Below, one piece after another: positions 29,700-39,674 of a DNA stretch of 64,000 nt. The stretch spans positions 2,802,155 to 2,866,154 of the forward strand of contig CP070695.1 of NCBI GenBank assembly GCA_020353515.1. The letters run 5' to 3'. The position numbers were made by a program, and so were the translations under genes. The notes under the pieces were generated by a model that made no database searches, had not been told where the DNA came from, and saw only the letters and a program-made list of their open reading frames with translations. The stretch's first letter is position 1. Each line of letters begins with the position of its first letter. The DNA is from Candidatus Heimdallarchaeota archaeon. GTDB taxonomy: Archaea; Asgardarchaeota; Heimdallarchaeia; Hodarchaeales; Hodarchaeaceae.

Positions 29700-31811
29700 T
29701 CACTGCTTTAGTCCAACTGAGTCCAGAATAAAAGCATAGTAAAACGCTGCTTCTTTCATGGCGTCGTAACGCCCCGATTTTCCAGAGTGTCCTTCCCCCA
29801 TATTGGTTTTTAAGAGTAATAAATTTGAATCTGCTTTTAATGCTCGTAATTTTGCCGTCCATTTAGCTGGCTCCCAATACTGGACACGTGGATCATTCAA
29901 ACCAGCTGTTAATAGCATTCTTGGATATTTTTGCTTGCTAACATTGTCATACGGAGAGTATGATTTCATATAATCATAACATTCCTTATCATTAGGATTT
30001 CCCCATTCGTCGTATTCAGTTACTGTCAAAGGGATTGAGGGGTCAAACATTGTATTGATAACGTCAACGAATGGCACTCTAGCCACAACTGCTTTGAATA
30101 GATCCGGCCTCATGTTAGTGACTGCTCCCACCAACAAACCTCCCGCGCTCACTCCCAATATGCATAACCTATCGGGTGAGGTATATCCCTCATTAATTAA
30201 ATGGTTAGCACAGGTGATGAAATCTGTGAATGAATTTTTTTTATGCAAAAGCCTCCCGTCTTCATACCACTTTCGACCAAGTTCGCTTCCACCGCGAATA
30301 TGTGCTATTGCAAAGATGAACCCTCTATCCAATAAACTTATTCTATATGATAAAAATTCTGGATCAATACTGTAACCGTATGAACCATAACCGTAAAGTA
30401 GAAGAGGATTTCTTCCGTCTAAATGAATATTTTTCTTATGAACTAACGAAATTTGGACCAATTGGCCATCCATTGCTTGAGCTGTAATTCGTTCAGTGTG
30501 ATAATTTGCCTGATCATAACCTCCCAATATCTCATCTTGTTTTACTAAATTTCTTTTTCTTGTGTCCATATTAAAGTCGAAAACAGAATTAGGAGTCACC
30601 AGTGAGGTATAAGTAAAGCGTAGTAAATTGGATTTGAATTCTGGATGAACAAGAGTATCTAGGGGTTTTTCACAAGTATAAACGAGGTCAGGAAAATCCA
30701 CACAATAATCTTCATTCCTTTTTTGATTGATTATTCTAATCCTGGGCAAACCATTCTCCCTTTCATGAAACACATGAAAGTTCTCAAAGACCTCAAAATC
30801 CCTCAAAAAAACTGATTCACGGTGAGATATGAGTTCTGTCCAATTCTCTTTTTTCGGATTTGTTACGGAGGTCTTCATAATTCTAAAGTTTTTAGCTGCA
30901 TCATTAGTCCTGATGATAAAATTCTCTTTTTGGTGTTCAATATAGTACTCCATTCCTGGTTGTCGAGGGTGAATTATTGTGAAGTCTCCATCAGGTTCCT
31001 TAACAGGTAAGAAATGTACTTCCGTTGTGACATTACTTTGGAGAGTCATAAGGAAGTATTCTTGATCTCTTGATTTCGTTAAATATAGAAAATAAGCTTT
31101 ATCTTTTTCATGATAAATTAATCGATCTTCTTTAGGATCAGATCCAATTTCATGACGGAATAATTTATAAGGCCTTTTAGTTTCGTCTAAGGTCGCATAA
31201 AGAAAGGATTTATTATCATTGGTCCATTCTAAACTGGATAAGCCTATCCCAAAGGAGTACCCGTAGGCAGTATTTGTGATTCTGTCATCTAGGATTTTAT
31301 TGTTTTTCAAATCTTTAATAAAGACTGTAAATTCTTCAGATCCGTTCACATCAACAGAATAAGCCAGAAATTCGTGATTTGGACTCACTTTGAATGATCC
31401 AATCTTGAAATAATCATGATCAGTAGCTAGTTCATTCTCATCCAGAAGTAACTCTTCTACAAGATCTTCATCAATATTCTTTCGAAAATATTTCTTATAT
31501 TGTTTTCCTTTCTCCATACGGAAATAATACTGATATTCCCTTGCTTTTACTGGAGCTGAAACATCGTCTTCTTTAATACGACTTTTTAATTCTTCAAAAA
31601 GACGATCTTGTAGCTTCTCAGTGTGCTCCATCATCGTTTTGGTGTATTTATTTTCAGCTTTAAGATAGTCAATTACTTCTAGATTGTCTTTTTCTCTTAA
31701 CCAGTAATAGTTATCGATTAGCTCTTCTCCATGGTAAATAAATCTTTTAGGTATTTTTTTGGCGATTGGAGGTTTTAAATCAATATTTGAAGTCATGGTT
31801 AGGACATCCAT
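29700..31811 (-). CDS. ptrB: S9A serine peptidase, oligopeptidase B-like
   Basis: DNYYWLR; GYGSYG; HIRGG; nucleophile GVSAGG; EYDEWGNP; DPRV; GH. Confidence 0.93.
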   Translation of the reverse strand: MDVLTMTSNIDLKPPIAKKIPKRFIYHGEELIDNYYWLREKDNLEVIDYLKAENKYTKTMMEHTEKLQDRLFEELKSRIKEDDVSAPVKAREYQYYFRMEKGKQYKKYFRKNIDEDLVEELLLDENELATDHDYFKIGSFKVSPNHEFLAYSVDVNGSEEFTVFIKDLKNNKILDDRITNTAYGYSFGIGLSSLEWTNDNKSFLYATLDETKRPYKLFRHEIGSDPKEDRLIYHEKDKAYFLYLTKSRDQEYFLMTLQSNVTTEVHFLPVKEPDGDFTIIHPRQPGMEYYIEHQKENFIIRTNDAAKNFRIMKTSVTNPKKENWTELISHRESVFLRDFEVFENFHVFHERENGLPRIRIINQKRNEDYCVDFPDLVYTCEKPLDTLVHPEFKSNLLRFTYTSLVTPNSVFDFNMDTRKRNLVKQDEILGGYDQANYHTERITAQAMDGQLVQISLVHKKNIHLDGRNPLLLYGYGSYGYSIDPEFLSYRISLLDRGFIFAIAHIRGGSELGRKWYEDGRLLHKKNSFTDFITCANHLINEGYTSPDRLCILGVSAGGLLVGAVTNMRPDLFKAVVARVPFVDVINTMFDPSIPLTVTEYDEWGNPNDKECYDYMKSYSPYDNVSKQKYPRMLLTAGLNDPRVQYWEPAKWTAKLRALKADSNLLLLKTNMGEGHSGKSGRYDAMKEAAFYYAFILDSVGLKQ

Positions 31812-31922
31812 TAGCGACTCAGAAGAAAATTACCTTTTTATGGACCATTTCAATAATTTTGAGATAGGTTATGAAAGAGTTTTGGATGAATCACAGTAAT
31901 TACCTAAAAAAAAAATTCACAA

Positions 31923-31952
31923 TTCAATAGATCTATTGAAGGCTTTATAAAG
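31923..31952. promoter_or_regulatory. Perfect 18-bp palindrome TTCAATAGATCTATTGAA plus palindrome CTTTATAAAG in the ptrB/paralog B divergent promoter
   Basis: Read directly. A degenerate second copy (CCAATAGATCCATTTG) lies near 32000. Confidence 0.5.
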
Positions 31953-32071
31953 GATTTTTAAGGATAAAAATATTTATAAAAGAAATCATATTGAACACCA
32001 ATAGATCCATTTGAAAAGCCTAATTTCTAGTCTGAACAATTCGAAATGACAATTTAGGGGTAGTTCTCATC

Positions 32072-33604
32072 ATGATTAATGATGTACCTCAAGGACGTGA
32101 CAGTTTGAAACGGATTATTCAGACCGTAATCGACTACCTCCCAGAAATCATAAAAAATTACCCTCCGAAGGATCAACTTCTTCTTAATGATTTTCTATCT
32201 GTTCTTCAACATTATTCAGAAGCAGATAATCAGCGAGAAAGACTTTCAAAGCGTTTTGAATTGTATCGAAGTAAAAATTATTTAACTGATCTATATTTTC
32301 AACTCCCCTTTCTGTGGTTTGCTCACGATTATTTTGCAAATGCAAATCTCATCCTTAATCTCGCTGAATTCCATGGAACACGATTTTATGAATATTTAGC
32401 TCGTTCTTTACGTCGTAATCCTGATGTACAAGGAGTTTTCCCACTCCTACGTCAGATGACTCCTCTTTCAGACCCCAAATGGGAACAGCTTCAGATAATC
32501 CAAGCTCGGATTAAAATTCAATTAACTGATGAGCAATTACAGATAATAAAAGAGAGTTATACTGCTCTTCGCGAACTTGGAATCCAAGGTTTAAATAGTC
32601 GGGTTTTGTACAATTTTGTTAAAAAAAGCGATATTTCACTAAATACTAAATCTCTTTCCAAATTTTTCACATTACTTGATTCTCAATGGAACATTTGGTT
32701 TTATCCACCCGCATTTGGCTTAAAACAACTATATTTTAACTTTAAATTGACTAAAACCTCTTTAAATGAAATTTTCGATTTTAAAGACAGTTTTAATACT
32801 ACATTGTGTAATAGTCGGGTGTATCGCAGTAGAAATTTTCCAAACCAATTTTCTGGGTATTTAGAAATTCCACATGAAGGATTAAATGATTTAGTGGATT
32901 ACATTCAGAATTATGCTGATCAAGGGAACCTGAAAATTTTCGAATTATCCGAAGTAACTGACCTTCGAGTAAGTGCCTCGTTTAATCTTTATCATTCAGG
33001 GGTAGGATGGACTGAAATCCTTCCAGGAGGAATAAAAAGATCAATTCTACCATTAAAAAGCAATCACCCACGAAAACTTCTAAACGAAAAGCCTTTTTTC
33101 CTTTCTCCTGCCTTTAATCATGAATGGAACTTCTTACAGTCTCCTGATCCCAGACGATCCATACGTATTTTTTGTCAATATAAACCCCAAATCTACAATT
33201 TTAATGCCCTGCAATTCGGTTCTGCCTCAAATCAAAGAGTATTCATGGAGGATTTTGGTTTGATAAAATATTTTCATCGAAAAATGGTTTGTACAAATTT
33301 GATCTTTATGGCCAACTTGATCTATAATTTCTCACCTGACTTCTATGAAATAGTTATGCCTATCATCCCAATTGAACGTCTAAATTTAATATTAGCATGG
33401 CTCCCATACTCACGTATTCTCTTTACAACGAAAAAAATCCATTTATGGACCTTTTTGCCAACACAAATATTAGAGTGGATGAAAAAAGAATTTTCTTCCT
33501 GGGAGTTTCGCCTATGTATATCACATCATTATTCTCCAGAACCAGATCCGTCATGGTTCGATTTTGACTCGTTAAAATGGTTACTCCCCCGAATTTTATC
33601 ATAA
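32072..33604 (+). CDS. ~510-aa uncharacterised protein, Lrp/AsnC-like (paralog B)
   Basis: Paralog of 23663-25204; YPPAFGLKQLYFNFK resembles the Lrp linker into the RAM domain. Confidence 0.7.
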   Translation: MINDVPQGRDSLKRIIQTVIDYLPEIIKNYPPKDQLLLNDFLSVLQHYSEADNQRERLSKRFELYRSKNYLTDLYFQLPFLWFAHDYFANANLILNLAEFHGTRFYEYLARSLRRNPDVQGVFPLLRQMTPLSDPKWEQLQIIQARIKIQLTDEQLQIIKESYTALRELGIQGLNSRVLYNFVKKSDISLNTKSLSKFFTLLDSQWNIWFYPPAFGLKQLYFNFKLTKTSLNEIFDFKDSFNTTLCNSRVYRSRNFPNQFSGYLEIPHEGLNDLVDYIQNYADQGNLKIFELSEVTDLRVSASFNLYHSGVGWTEILPGGIKRSILPLKSNHPRKLLNEKPFFLSPAFNHEWNFLQSPDPRRSIRIFCQYKPQIYNFNALQFGSASNQRVFMEDFGLIKYFHRKMVCTNLIFMANLIYNFSPDFYEIVMPIIPIERLNLILAWLPYSRILFTTKKIHLWTFLPTQILEWMKKEFSSWEFRLCISHHYSPEPDPSWFDFDSLKWLLPRILS

Positions 33605-33689
33605 AACCATCTTTCAAATTCAAAAAAAGAAAGGAAAGAGTAATCCTGATTTTATAATCAAGATTATTGATCTTCATTCAATTCAACAT

Positions 33690-33719
33690 TTAAGGTTGTA
33701 ATGGCTCATTTGGGGGCAT
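33690..33719 (-). CDS. Candidate micro-peptide MPPNEPLQP
   Basis: ATG preceded by a strong GGGTGAGG RBS and an upstream ATTAAAAG box; mirrors 25297-25335. Confidence 0.45.
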   Translation of the reverse strand: MPPNEPLQP

Positions 33720-33951
33720 CTTCTATGACCTCACCCTTCTAAGCAACCGATCAACTTTTAATCACATGAAAAAAAACTAGAGAAAGTCTTTGATATTCAT
33801 CTCACCCCAATCGGTTATAATATCACCCAGCTTTCTAAAGAGATAATTGAAAATGACGAATCTGGTTATTACATTCTAGATTTAACTGCATATAGTACTT
33901 CTAATATAAAAAAACCCCAAAATGCATTCATACTATTGGGGAATTTGTAGT

Positions 33952-34344
33952 TCATTCTGGAAGTAGAGGGAGTAGAAGGGAAAGGTAAATACCTTGAGCC
34001 ACTAAAGAAATGATTAAAGCGAAAAAGAAGCTTAATAGAGTCCCAATAAGATAATATTCCGCAAATTGGCGTTCTTCTAATTGTTTAAATCGAGCCATGG
34101 ATTTCGCGACGAAAACAAAGGAAATAGCACCAAATTCTCCCAGTAAACCCAGTGTCAGGATAATTCCTCTTTCTAACATACCAATTATTTTTCCTGCACC
34201 AGGTAAACCTTTTTCGGATGAAGTTTCAAGGGAAATCCTAAGAGATTTCAAGAATAACTCTACAAAAAGTCCGCCAACAACAATAGCAATGAAATACACA
34301 CAAATATAATAACCACAGAGAAGTAGTAACGGTACCCAGCTCAT
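33952..34344 (-). CDS. SatD-associated membrane protein (DUF3307-like C-terminal part)
   Basis: AGKIIGMLER...AKSMARF...AEYYLIGTLLS; its start overlaps the satD stop. Confidence 0.85.
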   Translation of the reverse strand: MSWVPLLLLCGYYICVYFIAIVVGGLFVELFLKSLRISLETSSEKGLPGAGKIIGMLERGIILTLGLLGEFGAISFVFVAKSMARFKQLEERQFAEYYLIGTLLSFFFALIISLVAQGIYLSLLLPLLPE

Positions 34345-34967
34345 TAGAGATCATCCTTAAAATATACGAAAAAAGTATTTGTTAAGTCATTCAGCGTTTC
34401 AATGGCTAAGAAAACAGCTTTCGACTGTGTGTATTTAAGAATTTTGGAGACTGCTTGCTTACTTATCCCTTTCTTAATTCCAATTTCTTTCAAGGTCATT
34501 CCTTCCTGTCTAAGATAAATAATCTCTCGTTGGTGAGCATTCCATCTAGTTTTAGTTGCATATAACAACGTTAAGAGAGTGTTCACCATCCTATCGAAAT
34601 GTGTATTCCCAGATTGAATCCAAGCAGAGTAATGCCCTTTCTTTGCGATGTTGAGCGCTTCTTGGGAGCGATGAAATGCTAAGCCATCCATTTCCAAGGT
34701 ATTTGGAGAGAATTCGGTAGAAATTTCCCCAATTCCCACTCCACATCGAAAATCAATGGAAATCAGCTGCTCAAACGTGTCTAAAATGTTGTAGAATCCA
34801 TCAAGGGATTTCAATGCCCCCTGAAAGGAATCACCCCATACTGTAGTAAAAGGGCATAAAAGTTCATTTGGGTATTTCTCATTGACGACATTCACCGCAT
34901 TCTTTAATTCTTGTTGAACTTTAAATCTTTCTTGAACTTTTTTAGAATGAATAAGATCACAGGTCAT
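34344..34967 (-). CDS. satD: SatD family protein (cyclase-like domain + C-terminal HTH)
   Basis: DLIHSK, GDSFQG, RCGVGIG, MDGLAFH and HTH GISKQAVSK. Confidence 0.9.
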   Translation of the reverse strand: MTCDLIHSKKVQERFKVQQELKNAVNVVNEKYPNELLCPFTTVWGDSFQGALKSLDGFYNILDTFEQLISIDFRCGVGIGEISTEFSPNTLEMDGLAFHRSQEALNIAKKGHYSAWIQSGNTHFDRMVNTLLTLLYATKTRWNAHQREIIYLRQEGMTLKEIGIKKGISKQAVSKILKYTQSKAVFLAIETLNDLTNTFFVYFKDDL

Positions 34968-35050
34968 GATAAAATACGTAGAAAATCACATCCAGAGGCT
35001 TTAAATCGTGATAGTGTTCTGATAATTCTCACCTAGCAAATCGATTGTTA

Positions 35051-35159
35051 TGTCAACCTTATAATATTACCTTTATAAATATCAGCCTTATTATATTGAC
35101 ACAATATATGTCAATATTATTTTATTTACTAAAATGATGTCAATCACAATATATTGATA
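35051..35159. promoter_or_regulatory. Four degenerate TGTCAA-N10-TTGACA inverted-repeat boxes at exact 29-bp spacing upstream of satD
   Basis: Boxes start at 35051, 35080, 35109 and 35138. Confidence 0.75.
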
Positions 35160-35566
35160 TTTTATTCAACTTAGAAAAAAAAACCTTTATAATCAGCTTC
35201 CTGGCAATGGATCACTGATTTTAGCAATAACTAACTGATATAGGCAAGGCTAAATTAAAACAACAGTAATTTTATCTATTTTATTCGGTTTCTTATAGAA
35301 AAATATTCTAAAACTGATATAGACATGATTATATAAATTTAATCTTCATGTTAAACATTAAAAATGTATTGCTATTGTGATTAAATCATATAGACATGTC
35401 TATCAGAAAACAAAGGTAATAATCTTTGTTGTTATTTTGAAAATTATATGGTAAGAATTTCGCTAAGTTATCTAATAAGATAACAGAGGTATTTCTTCCA
35501 GAAAAAATGGTAACAGATCCTTAAGGTTAATTACGTAGGAAGAAATTCAAAAAGGTGACAAAGAAT

Positions 35567-36157
35567 CTACCTTTTAGAGAATTCAAAAAGCTTCAGGCGA
35601 TCTAAAAAGTAAAAGGTTTGATACACTGGTTGTAGTTGCCTCCCAATGAAGATTTCATTCCAAGAACCGATTTTAATTAAAGAAAGTCTATAACTGGAGA
35701 TGCGCTCAAGGTATTCCTCGAACTTCTGGGAAGTGCAGGAAATAACTAATATTGGTAAAACGGTAAAATTTCGACTTAAAAAATCGAAAATTCGCTCATA
35801 ATTACCCTCCCCTGCGTATTTTATTAGCACAACTTCTGGCTGAAAATTAGACACCTCCTCCTTTGAAAACTCTATAGATTGATCAATAATTCTAAGTCGG
35901 TCAGAAGCAAGAGCGTCCTCAAAATAAGGGATTTGATATTTGGGGATTTCTGTTTGATAATCGTTCCAAGATTCGTCGAAAAGCAACCAATTACCCCCCA
36001 ATAAATAGGGAGTAAGGACATCTAATCCACAAAATGGATAGATAGCGTTAAAACGTTCACCATAACGCTTCTTTAAGATAATAGAACATAAGAAACACAA
36101 CTTTTCTGAATAAAATACTAAATCGGCTCTGGTTTTGATTTTATCACCTAGTTCCAC
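35567..36157 (-). CDS. Hypothetical protein (possible Rossmann/methyltransferase-like)
   Basis: 196-aa ORF with an IYPFCGLD motif. Confidence 0.55.
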   Translation of the reverse strand: MELGDKIKTRADLVFYSEKLCFLCSIILKKRYGERFNAIYPFCGLDVLTPYLLGGNWLLFDESWNDYQTEIPKYQIPYFEDALASDRLRIIDQSIEFSKEEVSNFQPEVVLIKYAGEGNYERIFDFLSRNFTVLPILVISCTSQKFEEYLERISSYRLSLIKIGSWNEIFIGRQLQPVYQTFYFLDRLKLFEFSKR

Positions 36158-36541
36158 AATATTAGCAACGATCGTGTCTAATTTATTAATTCAAATCCTG
36201 GTCACCTTCGACTCCTATAACCTATGAATGATAGACCATGTCAATATTCATTACTCAATTTTGTTAAGTTCCTTTTTTATAATCGATAAGCATTCTTTGC
36301 AAATCGATTTTTTCATAACTCTTAATCCCCGCAATATATAGTCAGGGAATTCGATAAGAGTATGTCTTTTGCCACAAAAGATGCATTCACCCATATTCAT
36401 CAAAAATGGTTAAAGAAGAAAAGCTCAAATAAGTATTGTTTTTATTACTTCTTCACTGTAAATAGTCAAAATAGTAAATACTTGCAGAAATTCTGTTTTT
36501 ATAAGAATATCTTAACCTTTAAAATCATAGGTGGTCATGTT

Positions 36542-37138
36542 TTGAAATTTTATCCTGAAAATGAAATTGTTCCAGAGAAACGTCAATCGGAAGCATTCCT
36601 CATTCGACCTCTCCAGGTATCCGATGTTGAATTGGACTTTCAGGCTGTTATTTCTAGTCGTGAAAAACTATTGAAACGTACAGCAGGTAGATGGCCTAAA
36701 CCAGGCTTTACAATAAAAGAAAACCTTGCTGATCTAGAGTACCATGAACAACAGCATAAAAAACGCATTGAATTCACGTTTACAATTATGAACGTGATGG
36801 AAACAGAATGTCTGGGATGTATTTATATTCATCCATTAGTAAAGGTGCTCAAAAGCTCCATTAGTGAGAATGACATTACTAGCTTAGATATTTCGGATTA
36901 TGAAGCCTGGATAACCTTTTGGGTAACCCCTATCGCAGCTGAACAGCAATTGGACAAAAAAGTAATTGAAGAGTTACAGAATTGGTTTTCGAAAGAGTGG
37001 GCGTTTTCCAAAGTAACCTTGTCCTTTGGGCCTAGACCGAGTACACATGAATTAGAGCTGGTTGAAAAAGCAGGATTAAAGGAGCGGTACTCCTTTCAAA
37101 CAGATGAAGGATCACTAATAGCCTGGGAGCTTCACTAG
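36542..37138 (+). CDS. GNAT-fold N-acetyltransferase-like protein
   Basis: IRPL..DVELDFQAV, ENLADL, FTFTI and CLGCIYI motifs. TTG at 36542 after GGTGG is the likelier start; the track start is 36362. Confidence 0.75.
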   Translation: MKFYPENEIVPEKRQSEAFLIRPLQVSDVELDFQAVISSREKLLKRTAGRWPKPGFTIKENLADLEYHEQQHKKRIEFTFTIMNVMETECLGCIYIHPLVKVLKSSISENDITSLDISDYEAWITFWVTPIAAEQQLDKKVIEELQNWFSKEWAFSKVTLSFGPRPSTHELELVEKAGLKERYSFQTDEGSLIAWELH

Positions 37139-37155
37139 GAGGATGAGAAATAGAG

Positions 37156-37623
37156 ATGACACGAAGAAGAACCTTTTTTGCTACTCTGGGATTTTCTGAA
37201 AGTTTAGTATTGGCAACAATACCCGTTTTTGGGTCAGAAAATCATAATAGACTAATTATTATAACTTCAAAAGATTCCTCCAAACAGACAACAAAAACCA
37301 TTAAAGCCATAGACCGATTGGTAGAGTCTTTTCGATTCACAGGAAAAACAATTGATTTTAAACAGAAATTTGTAGAGGAAACAGAATTTCAAAAGAACCT
37401 TTCCTCACTTTGCAACATGATAAGGACTGAAGCGACAAATAATTGAGAAATTTATATCAATCTGAGTGGAGGAATGCGAATCCTCGTGATTACCTTATTC
37501 ATGGCAGCTCTGCTCTCTTATGAAGACATAACAGCCATCATGATTAGTCCTGAGAATCAAAAAGAACTACAAACCCTTGAACTACCGAAAATTATAGCTA
37601 TTCAATTCGAAGAGAAAAAATGA
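37156..37623 (+). pseudogene. csa3: Csa3-like CARF-domain regulator with in-frame TGA at 37444-37446; HTH missing
   Basis: ATLGF motif before the stop; the same frame continues EIYINLSGGMRILV, the CARF signature. Confidence 0.82.
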
Positions 37624-37723
37624 ATAATCCTATTGATAAGGATGACTATCCACATTAGAACTCGAGGACCTGGGAAATTGCCTCAATATATTTTTTTTTA
37701 ATCTGTTCGAAGAGGTTTCTCTC

Positions 37724-38155
37724 ATGGACTATTCACAAAAAGCTGAATCATACTTTTCTACCAAATTAAACTGTGCTCAATCAGTACTGGCGCCTTTTGG
37801 TCCAGACCTTGGGATTGATGAAAAAACCTGTTTTAGAATTGCAGAAGCTTTTGGAGGTGGAATTGCTCATTCTGGCCAAATGTGCGGTGCCATCATTGGA
37901 GCTTTGATGGTTCTTGGACTCAAACACGGAAGAACTGAGACTGATGACTTGGAAAAACGAGATAAGACTAATAAATTAGCGAAAATACTAATTCATAAGT
38001 TCACATTGTTACATAAGTCCTCAAACTGTATCGAGCTCATTGATTATGATATTAGCACTCCTGCGAAACTCGAGAAGGCAAGAGAAGAAAAAGTCTTTCA
38101 AAATTGTGGTAATCTTGTGAAAGATGCAGTGAACATACTCAAAGACATTATATGA
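37724..38155 (+). CDS. C-GCAxxG-C-C family protein
   Basis: NCAQSVL, FGGG, CGAIIG, NC and C motifs. Confidence 0.9.
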   Translation: MDYSQKAESYFSTKLNCAQSVLAPFGPDLGIDEKTCFRIAEAFGGGIAHSGQMCGAIIGALMVLGLKHGRTETDDLEKRDKTNKLAKILIHKFTLLHKSSNCIELIDYDISTPAKLEKAREEKVFQNCGNLVKDAVNILKDII

Positions 38156-38368
38156 GGAAATTCGAAGGGCATATGAAAGATTTTCTCACTTCTACGTAAT
38201 GTTTGAGAGTAACAGAAATGATGTTATCTCTCTTCTATCAAATTGAATATCTCTTAGGGAGGATGGATTAATCCCTTCCTATACCCTTCGAAAAGGGGAA
38301 GTCTAATTAAAAACTCGTAATAATGGCATTAAACCTTCTATATTCCTCTATACTTCAAACGTACGGGG

Positions 38369-38524
38369 ATGCTACTCCGTGAGCTTGCTAATGAGGGGTT
38401 GATCAAATTGGAGGAACGTACAAGTAAAAAAACAGGTAGACGATATTATCTCTGGTTCTGGGGAATTTCTACACCTGTACGATCGGAAAACGACCAAAAA
38501 TTGGACGGGAAGAAAAACCAATGA
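38369..38524 (+). pseudogene. Winged-helix remnant resembling the TFE/TFIIE-alpha wing
   Basis: LLRELANEGLIKLEERTSKKTGRRYYLW, preceded in another frame by TSNVR; its stop overlaps the next ATG. Confidence 0.45.
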
Positions 38525-38885
38525 CCCCTAGTATTTTTGTGGTACAAGAACATCATTCTGAGGGTAGAGCAGGGTTACATTGGGATTTTCGCCTACAGAT
38601 AGAAGACACATTACGAAGTTGGGTATTAAGAAAACCTCCTCCAACAACCGTGGGTGTGAAACACCTGGCAATCCCTGTTGATAACACCCCCTTTCGTGGG
38701 CTGACTTTCAGGGGCAAATCGTACAAGGTTATGGCCGTGGATTCGTCACGATCTGGGATAAAGGCCCTATGTCGTGGGTGTTCATGACTGAAGAGTTGGT
38801 TTTCATCTTGTATGGAAAAAAAATGTTTGACAAATACATTTTGATCCCCTTTAAGGAGAACTTCCTCCTATATAAATCGAATTGA
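38521..38885 (+). pseudogene. Stand-alone LigD-type DNA 3'-phosphoesterase, frameshifted near 38685
   Basis: Frame 1 reads FVVQEH..LHWDFRL..LRSW..LAIPVD; the -1 frame continues HPLSWADFQGQI..GYGRGFVTIWDKG to TGA at 38883-38885. Confidence 0.88.
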
Positions 38886-39158
38886 AGAAAAATCTGATTG
38901 TAATTTGGATTAGAAGTGTGCAAATTCATGTCAAACATTCGATTCAGCCAAGAAGAGCTACTTTATATTTCTCTATTGAAATCTTCTTCGTATTTTGGCC
39001 CTAGTATTGAGATTACAGGGCGAGTCAAAAGTCCAAATCGGAGAAAAAACACAAAGTCAATCTTTCTACCCCAAAGCAGGGATGCGATAAAGAGTGGTTG
39101 AAGAGCTCCGAAAATATTGTGCTGCTAATATAATCCCCCCTCCCACAATCATGAGAAG

Positions 39159-39611
39159 ATGGGTTACACTTTTCGCGCTAACTTTCCGATCCCTTACATT
39201 GACCAACTTGATGATTCAATACCTCATACCCCGTACACTGTAGCTGATTTAGTCAAAGCAATCCAGCATAATCACCCCTTAAGTAGACCAGTCAGTATTT
39301 TCCTCTCGCGTGTAAAGGTGTGTACCTTCTATGGGTTTGGAGGACAGACATTAGGCACTATTGAGTTAGAGAACAGGCTATTTAAACTGAATATCAGGTT
39401 TGATCATCATCAAACAGCCAGTTTGCTTTTAGAAATGGCCCGAGAGCATTTGATCAACATGGACGAGCAATATACACACCATCACCGCTTAGTTCGTCTG
39501 TGGACATTTCCTAGTATTAGTCGTGAGATCCTCGAGTCTAAGAGCCGCCGTAAAGAACTTAATCAATATAAAATGCACTCACAGGATAGGTTCCAAAATT
39601 TGGTACTGTGA
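39159..39611 (+). CDS. Hypothetical protein
   Basis: 150-aa ORF, no recognised motif. Confidence 0.5.
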   Translation: MGYTFRANFPIPYIDQLDDSIPHTPYTVADLVKAIQHNHPLSRPVSIFLSRVKVCTFYGFGGQTLGTIELENRLFKLNIRFDHHQTASLLLEMAREHLINMDEQYTHHHRLVRLWTFPSISREILESKSRRKELNQYKMHSQDRFQNLVL

Positions 39612-39674
39612 CCCTTACATAGCTAAATACTCTAGTTCAGTTGAGTAAGTCTGATTTCAATTCCATGGAAGTTT

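Noticed and set aside
29700-31811. Prolyl oligopeptidase dedicated to maturing the Pro-rich micro-peptides
   Set aside because: The sequence carries oligopeptidase B hallmarks (acidic TEYDEWGNP pocket), which imply Arg/Lys specificity. It is kept only as a contextual association.
35051-35159. CRISPR mini-array
   Set aside because: The units are degenerate 22-bp inverted boxes separated by only 7 bp, with no identical repeats or 30-40-nt spacers.
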